Of a stretch of DNA of 7,207 nt, positions 1-5,768 are shown piece after piece. Numbering within the stretch: the first letter of the stretch is position 1; every line of letters starts with the position of its first letter. The translations under genes were made by a program, and so were the position numbers. The notes beneath the pieces are model-generated. The model was not told where the DNA came from. It saw nothing but the letters and a program-made list of their open reading frames with translations, and did no database searches. Origin of the DNA: Candidatus Caldarchaeales archaeon (GTDB lineage: Archaea; Thermoproteota; Nitrososphaeria_A; Caldarchaeales; Calditenuaceae); NCBI GenBank assembly GCA_032249095.1, contig JAVVGN010000088.1:1-7207 (forward strand), given 5' to 3'.

Positions 1-255
1 ACTCCATAATACACCATGCTCAGAAGAAGCTTAAATAGTTTGGAGACGAGCTCGAAGATATTTTTGAAAAATCTATCTTACTTTTTACGATGGCTTTAAC
101 TACACCGATAGCAGGGTCTTGAGGTGTTGTTTCATCCTTCACCCATATTATTCAGCGGCCTCAGTATGGTTCCGTCCACCATTACCCGCTCGTCAACTTC
201 TAGCCTCAGATAGCTAGGGACTAGAAGGGATTAGGCCACAAAATATGTTTCATTA

Positions 256-288
256 GAGGGGAAAGAAGGGGGGAGGGGTTGGCTGGCC
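256..288 (-). repeat. Element-end motif, copy 1: purine tract ending GAGGGGTTGG (C/T-rich on the element's coding strand)
   Basis: 256-288 reads GAGGGGAAAGAAGGGGGGAGGGGTTGGCTGGCC. The same arrangement occurs at 5717-5746. Both lie shortly beyond the structured segment that follows an IS110-like ORF, and similarity between the two loci fades just outside the motif. Confidence 0.55.
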
Positions 289-299
289 ACCCGTGCAGC

Positions 300-440
300 G
301 TGTGGGAAACCCTTAGAGGAGGCCGGACGTTAAATAAGCTATCGCAGCACCCGACGCCGGGGTGCGCGTTAATTGCGCCATCATACCGGCCTCCGGGTTT
401 TCCCTGCGCCGGCATGGACAGCCTCCCAAGGGTTTCCATC
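300..440 (-). ncRNA. Candidate structured RNA downstream of IS110-like remnant (copy 1)
   Basis: GC-rich island in A/T-rich surroundings containing only stop-poor spurious ORFs. Helices: 305-314/428-437 (10 bp), 318-323/421-426 (6 bp, stacks on the first), 318-326/386-394 (9 bp, alternative), 382-390/408-416 (9 positions; 385/413 is A.C on + but U.G on -, favouring a minus-strand RNA), and 364-368/374-378. It is the positional homologue of 5769-5916. Confidence 0.4.
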
Positions 441-444
441 CTAA

Positions 445-1000
445 ATATATCATCCAGATTCTTGAGAGGATTTCCTTCTCCTTTTTCGCGGTAAGATGAT
501 GTGTTGTGATGTTGTTTGCTGAAGCCGTCAGCTTCTGCAAAGCACGCCTCAAGTGCCGGCTACAGAATTTCCTTCTACCACGGATCGGTTTAAACAGCCC
601 TTAGATTGCCTGTCTTCCTGAACCCCGTGGATGGGTCTAGGTACGTTATCAGCTCGGCCAGAGCCTCCATAGCAACGAAGTTTCCACCCACACCTAGTGC
701 ATCCACAAGCCTATTATACACAGGATACCTCTTACCGGTCTCCTCAGCGATCATCCTAGCCACCTCCTCCATCCGCACCTCCAAGGACTTTATTACTTGC
801 CTCAGAACCTCCCTCTCAGCCTCAGACAAAGCCCTGTATTTGTTTAATAGTTGTTGGTGCGTTCTCGTCATAGTCCTATAAGCGGTTATCATCCTCCGCA
901 TAGCTAGGAAGTCCTCAGTAACCCTCCTAAGCCACCTCTCCTCTATGTTCATCAATGTCTTTATGTATCCCTTAGGAATGGAACACGGAAACATCCCCAT
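445..1000 (-). pseudogene. IS110-like transposase/recombinase paralogue, 5'-truncated and frameshifted remnant
   Basis: ORF 590-1000 aligns with ORF 5901-6380: ERWLRRVTEDFL...THQQLLNKY.ALS.AE.EVL...IAEE.GKRY..YN.LV..LGVGG...EAL.E..TY, 64/100 identical in the core. Similarity to copy 2 stops at about 978. After one extra nt near 601, the homology continues in the frame of ORF 313-552 (GLFKPIRGRRKF..LRRALQKLTAS...KEILSRIWMIYL vs GLWDRDRRTHY..ARHALETLTLS...EEVLKTIWLTL). The ATG at 1000 lies inside the direct repeat. Confidence 0.6.
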
Positions 1001-1038
1001 ACAGTTGGACTTGTGGGGAAACGAGGTAATATTCTGGG
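981..1038. repeat. 58-nt direct repeat, left copy (DR-A)
   Basis: GAACACGGAAACATCCCCATACAGTTGGACTTGTGGGGAAACGAGGTAATATTCTGGG matches 2406-2463 at 52/58 positions with no gaps (offset 1425). It abuts the truncation point of the IS110-like remnant. Confidence 0.9.
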
Positions 1039-1079
1039 GAAAAGGACAAACAACACTATACGGATACCCGAGGCCAGAC

Positions 1080-1260
1080 TAAACTTTCCCTCACGAGACG
1101 CGGAGTGTTCACCGGAGCCGGTCGCGCCCGGCTGGGGTCTCTGGGCCGCTGAGCCGCAGGGGGCTGGACGCCTTAATATTGTGGGTCTTGCTAGAGGGCG
1201 TCTAGGCATGCGGCTGAAGCTCTGGGAGGCTTTGGCGTCGAACGCTGGCTTCGTTTTTAC
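1080..1260. other. GC-rich helix-containing island between the LAGLIDADG gene 3' end and DR-A (function unknown)
   Basis: GC is clearly higher than in the adjacent 1320-2260 region. Stem 1164-1172/1197-1205 has 9 bp (one G.U on the + strand) and a 24-nt loop. Hairpin 1116-1121/1128-1133 has 6 bp. Only stop-poor overlapping ORFs are present (1013-1318 +, 961-1209 -, and the tail of 1202-1711 -). Confidence 0.3.
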
Positions 1261-2262
1261 TTTCCGTGATAGACACCGTGAACTGGTAAGTATGGGTGGG
1301 AAAAGGGAGAGGGTTTAAGTTTCTAGTTCTCCTGAAGTACTCTTCCAACCTCACTTGCCTCCTCCTGATTGTGAAGCCTATGTATTTGTAGAAGTTTGCG
1401 TTGCTAAAGGTTCTAATATAGATATAGTAGCAATCCTTTTTAGTCGTGTATATTTTCCCAGTAATGGGATTTATTTTTATTAGAGATCCTCGTCGACGAT
1501 TAAGTCTTGGGCCCGTTGACTCTATGCCGAACCTCTTAAGAAGTTCTTGGACGTATGTGAGTAGTCTCAGGTCGGTGTTGGTGATAAATATTTGTCCTTT
1601 CTTGTAAACGCTTCCTTCTGAGTCCGCGAATCCCCTGAGGAATGCCGCTGTGCACCTGTCACAGTGCTCTATATACTTCTTCAGTCTATCAAGGTCAACC
1701 GGTTTTCTCAAGAACTCGTAGAGCGTCTTGGACTCAACTTCGACGACGTCATATATTCTTGACGATAACCTATATGGTTTGATTGGTCCCCTTCCTAGAA
1801 CGACGCTTAAGCATCTCCCAAACTCTTCAACGAACTCCTTGTCTTTAGCCTCAAGACGTATTATGACATGGTTGTAGCCTTCGCGGACGCGGCTTTTCTT
1901 CTTAATATAATATATCCATCGCCTAAGACCACGCCGATCACGTATGCAAGCTCCACAGAGGGCTTCAACAGTTCTAATGAAGGTATCCTCCTGCCGTTGT
2001 ATGGGCTACGTATTCCGCGTAGCCACTCGCTTATCGACGATATGGGTATCCTCACGCCATATCTTCGGTAGATCTCGTCGATAATTTTATTGTATGATAG
2101 CCCGCTTCTCCGAAGAGCAACAACATCATCGTACAACTTTATTCGGAGCTCTTGTGGCAGGCATCTCCTCACTATTACTACACCTCCTCGCCCTCCATCT
2201 TTATCTCGTATGGCCTCGCCACCAACTGGAACCTCACCACCATCCCACTCCATCCTCATCAT
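1202..2262 (-). pseudogene. HTH + double-LAGLIDADG homing endonuclease, frameshifted as assembled
   Basis: ORF 1861-2262 carries an HTH-like segment (SGLSYNKIIDEIYRRYGVRIPISSISEWLRG) and LAGLIDADG motif 1 (AYVIGVVLGDGYI, about 1906-1944). ORF 1202-1711 carries motif 2 (FLRGFADSEGSV, 1607-1642). The second frame stays open upstream to 2005 and reads YIKKKSRVREGYNHVIIRLEAKDKEFVEEFGRCLSVVLG..., a typical post-motif-1 region. The two frames join with a 1-nt indel in the A/T-only run at about 1903-1915. The likely real start is GTG 2172, 26-33 nt downstream of the TATA-like box. The natural C-terminus is probably near 1300, with the ORF tail running on into GC-rich DNA. Confidence 0.8.
2168..2250 (-). 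promoter_or_regulatory. Shared 5' promoter/leader module, copy upstream of the LAGLIDADG gene
   Basis: About 70-75% identical to 6717-6800 (ungapped offset 4549 over the first ~50 nt). It contains the minus-strand sequence AGGCCATACGAGATAAAGA, with a TATA-like GATAAAGA at 2198-2205. Similarity ends at the start codon (GTG 2172, aligned with TTG 6721). Confidence 0.55.
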
Positions 2263-2322
2263 CCGTTTCGGAGAAGAACACCAACCGGCCCCGCATATAA
2301 AGAGTAATGGCCCTAATAACTA

Positions 2323-2340
2323 GGCCATCCCCAACCCTCA
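2323..2340. repeat. Inverted, imperfect copy of the GAGGGGTTGG..TGGCC end motif
   Basis: GGCCATCCCCAACCCTCA has the reverse complement TGAGGGTTGGGGATGGCC. This aligns with 273-288 (GAGGGGTTGGCTGGCC) at 14 matched positions with 3 gap positions. Confidence 0.3.
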
Positions 2341-2405
2341 CCCACTAAGAGCTGGACACACCAGAGAAAGAGATAGGCGTTATTAAGAAGGAGAGGCCTA
2401 AACTA

Positions 2406-2463
2406 GAACACGGAAACATCCCTATACAGCTAGACTTGTGGGGAAAAGAGGTAATTTTCAGGG
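2406..2463. repeat. 58-nt direct repeat, right copy (DR-B), overlapping the ABC gene start
   Basis: 52/58 identical to 981-1038. It contains the TTG start (2436) and the first 9 codons of ORF 2436-3362. The left copy carries a diverged, quickly terminated version (MWGNEVIFWGKGQ...stop). Confidence 0.9.
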
Positions 2464-3362
2464 AGCTGGGCAGAAGGGCTGCTGCTAAGGCGCTTCTCTA
2501 CGCCTCGACCGCCTTCCTATCGAGGTCCATATCCCTCGGCCTCCTCCTCCCCCTAATACTGAGGGACGTCGTCACGGCGCTCAGCACCACACCCCCAGAC
2601 TCGCGGCTCCTCAACCAGGGGATGCTCTCCCTAGCCGCGGTAGCGGTGGCCGTCTCTGCGACCGAGTGGCTCCTAAGGCCCTTCTGGAACCAGATGGCGC
2701 GAGGCATAGTCTCGATAAAGAAGCGGATCCTCGGGCGGGGCCCGGCAGCGTGGGGGGATGGGGGCGACGTGATTGGCAGGATAGTGAGCGACATCGACTT
2801 CGTGATCTGGAACAGCTCCGGCGGCTTCACCACGATGCTCCCAAACGTCCTGATGGCCTCGGCCTCCCTCGCAGCGATGGCAAGCCTCAGCCCCGCGATG
2901 GGCCTCCTAGGCGCGGCCATCATCCCGCCCCTCGCCGCGGTCACCGAGCTCTACAGCAGGAGGGTAGAGCAGGCCCGAAACATCGAGAGAAGCTTTTACA
3001 GCCAGAACATACACTCGGCCGAGAGGTATCTGAACGGCGAGGTGGGTGTGCTCGCCGAGTTCTACACGTCGCTTGACAGGTGGCTCGCGGGGATAATGAG
3101 GATAATCCACTATGACAGGGTCTTCTGGTTCTCGGGGCTGGCGGTCAGCACCTCTCTCCCGCTGGCGGTGCTGTGGCTGGGACTCGCAGAGCTGGAGCGG
3201 GGCAGCATGAACGTCGGCGCAGTGGCGGGCTCGCTCTACGCCAGCGTGAACTACTCCCTCTCGTTGTTCAACGGCTTCTGGGGTCTCTGCATGCTCGGTC
3301 AGTCTCTCGCACCAATCAAGAGGGTCGCGCTGATCTCGCAGGAGAGAAGTAGGGTATCCTAG
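2436..3362 (+). CDS. ABC exporter transmembrane domain protein (type I exporter TMD, no nucleotide-binding domain)
   Basis: 308 aa with six hydrophobic segments. GDVIGRIVSDIDFV resembles the conserved G..i.R...D motif of ABC_membrane domains. The protein ends in the TMD-NBD linker-like stretch SLAPIKRVALISQERSR. Codon usage is GC-rich like the neighbouring host genes, and the start is TTG. Confidence 0.72.
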   Translation: MWGKEVIFRELGRRAAAKALLYASTAFLSRSISLGLLLPLILRDVVTALSTTPPDSRLLNQGMLSLAAVAVAVSATEWLLRPFWNQMARGIVSIKKRILGRGPAAWGDGGDVIGRIVSDIDFVIWNSSGGFTTMLPNVLMASASLAAMASLSPAMGLLGAAIIPPLAAVTELYSRRVEQARNIERSFYSQNIHSAERYLNGEVGVLAEFYTSLDRWLAGIMRIIHYDRVFWFSGLAVSTSLPLAVLWLGLAELERGSMNVGAVAGSLYASVNYSLSLFNGFWGLCMLGQSLAPIKRVALISQERSRVS

Positions 3363-3454
3363 AGTCCTCGAAGCTCCCCGCGCCGCGTCCTAGGGGGAAC
3401 ACTGCTTCTCCCTAAGATTTATCTAGGCCCGCGAGCGATTTTTATCGAGCTGGG

Positions 3455-4507
3455 TTGGCGCCGGTCAGGCTTGGTGTTCTGGGCTCAGGCTTCGTGGTCT
3501 CTACATTCCACCTGCCGTCTCTGAAGGAGGTCCCGGGCGTGGAGGTCGTGGCGGTTGGCGGTAGGAGGCAGGGCCCAGTCGAGGAGCTTGTCAGGTCTTT
3601 CGGCGTGAAGCGGGGCTACTGGGGCGACAGCTTCGTCGAGAAGCTCTGCAGGGACCCCGAGATAGACATGGTCCTGATCTGCCTCCCCAACTTCCTCCAC
3701 CTCGAGGCCACCAGGCTGGCGGCCGAGAACGGGAAGAACGTGGTCTGCGAGAAGCCGTTGGGGAGAACCGCGAACGAAGCCAAAGAGATGCTCGGCCTGG
3801 TCGAGAGGCACAAGGTGCTCCACGGCTACGCGGAGAACCAGGTCTTCGCCCCCCACATAACTAGGGTCAAGGAGCTGGTCGAGAGGGGCGCTCTCGGGAG
3901 GGTATTCTGGGTCAGGACTAGGGAGGCCCACTTCGGCCCCCACTCGGACTGGTTCTGGGACCCGGCGCTCTCGGGAGGCGGCTCCCTCCTCGACATGGGT
4001 TGCCACTCGGTAGAGGTGGCGCGCTACCTTATCGGAGACGAGCCGCTGCAGGTGATGGGCTGGGGAGCCACCCTGGTCCACGGCGCGAAGACGCGGGCGG
4101 AGGATAACAGCCTGGCAATAGTCAGATACCGCGGCGGCCAGATCGGCCAGAGCGAGAACAGTTGGGCGGCCCACGGGGGCCTCGACCTCAGGTACGAGGT
4201 CTACGGCTCGGAGGGTGCGGCATTCATAGACACTACGAGGGAGACGGGGATAAGGGTCTTCACGGTCGCCGCGGAGGAGCGCGTGGGCTACGTCGTCGAG
4301 AAGGCCGAAGTGGCGAGGGGCTGGATGTACCCCATCTGGAGGGAACACGAGCTCTACGGCTACCTCGCCGAGCTAAGACACTTCGTCGACACCATCGGGA
4401 GAGGCGAGATGCCTAGGGAGACCTACCGGGACGGCTACATAGTCAACAAGATACTCGACGCGGCCTACAGGTCTATGAGGAGCGGCGCCTGGGAGACGAT
4501 AGGCTGA
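3455..4507 (+). CDS. Gfo/Idh/MocA family NAD(P)-dependent oxidoreductase
   Basis: 350 aa. The N-terminal Rossmann motif is RLGVLGSGFV, followed by the family-typical VVCEKPL and a C-terminal alpha/beta domain (GALGRVFWVRT..., GGGSLLDMGCHSVEV). The start is TTG, with a TATA-like GATTTATC at 3416-3423. Confidence 0.9.
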   Translation: MAPVRLGVLGSGFVVSTFHLPSLKEVPGVEVVAVGGRRQGPVEELVRSFGVKRGYWGDSFVEKLCRDPEIDMVLICLPNFLHLEATRLAAENGKNVVCEKPLGRTANEAKEMLGLVERHKVLHGYAENQVFAPHITRVKELVERGALGRVFWVRTREAHFGPHSDWFWDPALSGGGSLLDMGCHSVEVARYLIGDEPLQVMGWGATLVHGAKTRAEDNSLAIVRYRGGQIGQSENSWAAHGGLDLRYEVYGSEGAAFIDTTRETGIRVFTVAAEERVGYVVEKAEVARGWMYPIWREHELYGYLAELRHFVDTIGRGEMPRETYRDGYIVNKILDAAYRSMRSGAWETIG

Positions 4508-4538
4508 GGTTCCGAGCCCAGAGGGGTCCAGGAGAGGC

Positions 4539-5666
4539 CTATCGCCCCCTGAGAGCCGCCGCGAGCCTCTCGGCCACGACAACCTCCTCGCCGCTCCGGA
4601 GGCACTGGGGGTTGACGTAGACGCGGCTCCCGACCCTGTAGGTGTATATGGGCGGGTCCCCGGCCCTGAGCTCCCCGAGCAGCGCCTCAGCCTCGCGCTC
4701 CGTCCCCAGCGCTATCTCGACCCTCGGGATACAGGGCGGCCTCGGATGCCGAAAGCCCGACGGATAGATGATCCCCACACCCTCGACGCCCCTCCGCCTG
4801 AGCTCGGACGCTATGTACTCTGCCTTCCGTCTCCAAGACGCAAGCCTCTCCTCCTCGCTCGATGCGATGTAGCTCTTCAGGGCCGCCACCACGGCGAAGA
4901 TATCCTCCTTGCTCGTCTTCATCGTTCTCCCTATGTTTATCCTCGTCGAGCCCTCGACCTGCTCGTAGCTGTGGGGCCCGAGGGTCCTGCAGAGCCCAAC
5001 GACCCACCGCCGGCCTAGAATTATCCCGGCGTCGTTCGGGGCGCCGAGGTCCTTGCCGGCGCTGAAGAGGACAGCGTCGGCTCCCGCCTCGTAGAAGGCC
5101 CTTAGGTTAGTTCTCGGCGGCAGCTCGGCGGCCGCGTCGACTATCACGGGGACTCCGCGGCTATGCGCCAGCTCGACAACCTTTGCTAGGGGTAGGGCGC
5201 CCTCCATAGGATCGAAGGCGAAGTAGACCGTTGCGCAGACCGTACCGTCCAGCGCCTCGGCGAATTCCTGCTCGGCGCCCCCCACCTCCCTTATCCGCGC
5301 CCCAACAGTCTCAATGATGTAGTCGTAGAAGTTCCTCTGAACCGACTGGACCACCACGGTGCTTCTCAGCCCCTCTGTCTTGGGAAGCCTCCACCTAGCC
5401 TCCGGCCTATCCCTGATCATGCAGGCAGCGACGGCGAGGGCCAGCCCCGCGCCAGCCCCACACGTTATATAGGCGTCCTCGACTCCGAGGAGTGAGGCGA
5501 CGTAGCGCCCAGCCTTGACGTGCAGCTCAGCCATGTCGACGTAGATCTGCGACGCCTCCCTGACCGCGTCCAGAACCTCCGGGCCCAGGACGGATCCGCC
5601 GAGAACCGTGAGGGTCCCTGCCGCGTTGATGACCGGCCTGACCCCCAGCTCCTCCACGAGCCCCAT
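4539..5666 (-). CDS. SelA-like / DgaE-like PLP-dependent enzyme (L-seryl-tRNA(Sec) selenium transferase-related family)
   Basis: 375 aa. The N-terminal VINAAGTLTVLGGS and the PLP-lysine region LFSAGKDLGAPNDAGIILGRR match SelA-family signatures (iNatG..t.lGgs; SGdK.lGGPqaGii.G). The gene is convergent with the oxidoreductase, leaving a 31-nt gap. A/T-rich boxes at 5691-5711 lie 25-45 nt upstream of the ATG at 5666. Confidence 0.88.
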   Translation of the reverse strand: MGLVEELGVRPVINAAGTLTVLGGSVLGPEVLDAVREASQIYVDMAELHVKAGRYVASLLGVEDAYITCGAGAGLALAVAACMIRDRPEARWRLPKTEGLRSTVVVQSVQRNFYDYIIETVGARIREVGGAEQEFAEALDGTVCATVYFAFDPMEGALPLAKVVELAHSRGVPVIVDAAAELPPRTNLRAFYEAGADAVLFSAGKDLGAPNDAGIILGRRWVVGLCRTLGPHSYEQVEGSTRINIGRTMKTSKEDIFAVVAALKSYIASSEEERLASWRRKAEYIASELRRRGVEGVGIIYPSGFRHPRPPCIPRVEIALGTEREAEALLGELRAGDPPIYTYRVGSRVYVNPQCLRSGEEVVVAERLAAALRGR

Positions 5667-5716
5667 ACCAGGCCGCGTAGAGAAGGGCTCTAACTTAAAT
5701 CATAATTTAAAGTAAT

Positions 5717-5746
5717 GGGGGAGGAAAAGAGGGGAGGAGGGGTTGG
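5717..5746 (-). repeat. Element-end motif, copy 2: purine tract ending GAGGGGTTGG
   Basis: GGGGGAGGAAAAGAGGGGAGGAGGGGTTGG has the same composition, orientation and relative position as 256-282. A weaker relative, GGGTGGGAAAAGGGAGAGGGTTT, lies at 1294-1316 near the end of the LAGLIDADG gene. Confidence 0.55.
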
Positions 5747-5768
5747 TATGCTTCACCCGACTTTAGAG

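Noticed and set aside
1-220. A/T-rich left edge containing short ORFs (e.g. minus strand 20-151, 43 aa)
   Set aside because: The ORFs are too short and have no recognisable motif or homology to anything else in the window. I treat the region as non-coding or degenerate mobile DNA.
221-494. ORFs 221-439 (-) and 279-494 (+), of 71-72 aa
   Set aside because: They overlap each other within the GC-rich helix-forming island. Their Pro/Gly/Arg/Cys-rich composition is typical of stop-poor GC-rich non-coding sequence. Only the proximal part of the third ORF (313-552 -) is meaningful, as the frameshifted tail of the IS110-like remnant.
496-522. C/D-box sRNA-like signals (ATGATGT, GTGATGT, CTGA)
   Set aside because: The box-like elements are only 3-6 nt apart, leaving no room for ~12-nt guides. 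Both C-like boxes deviate from RUGAUGA, and there is no terminal stem.
606-881. ORF 606-881 (+). ORFs 5848-6051 (+) and 6632-6835 (+) are similar cases.
   Set aside because: All are antisense to the IS110-like reading frames that have paralogue support, and their translations are low-complexity Ser/Leu/Thr-rich.
961-1318. ORFs 1013-1318 (+) and 961-1209 (-)
   Set aside because: They overlap each other in the GC-rich island and have Gly/Arg/Pro-rich sequences with no motifs. The start of 1013-1318 is a frame variant of the duplicated ABC gene start within DR-A.
1202-2262. LAGLIDADG gene as part of an rRNA/tRNA intron or an intein
   Set aside because: There is no rRNA- or tRNA-like sequence or bulge-helix-bulge context at the borders. 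There are no flanking extein reading frames and no intein splicing blocks (N-terminal Cys/Ser, C-terminal HN) around the domain.
2498-3110. ORFs 2498-2944 (-), 2666-3076 (+) and 2907-3110 (-) inside the ABC TMD gene
   Set aside because: These are alternative-frame or antisense ORFs in ~65% GC coding DNA with Arg/Pro/Gly-rich translations. The + frame at 2436-3362 has the coherent six-TM pattern.
3485-4416. Long antisense ORF 3485-4348 (-, 287 aa), plus 3616-3813 (-) and 4162-4416 (+)
   Set aside because: They are embedded in the well-supported Gfo/Idh/MocA gene. Their composition is Arg/Leu/Pro/Asp-rich with no motifs, the usual GC-rich shadow-ORF pattern.
4373-5065. ORFs 4373-4582 (-), 4687-5007 (-), 4746-5018 (+) and 4862-5065 (+)
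   Set aside because: These are shadow ORFs overlapping the oxidoreductase 3' end or the SelA-like gene, and they have low-complexity translations.
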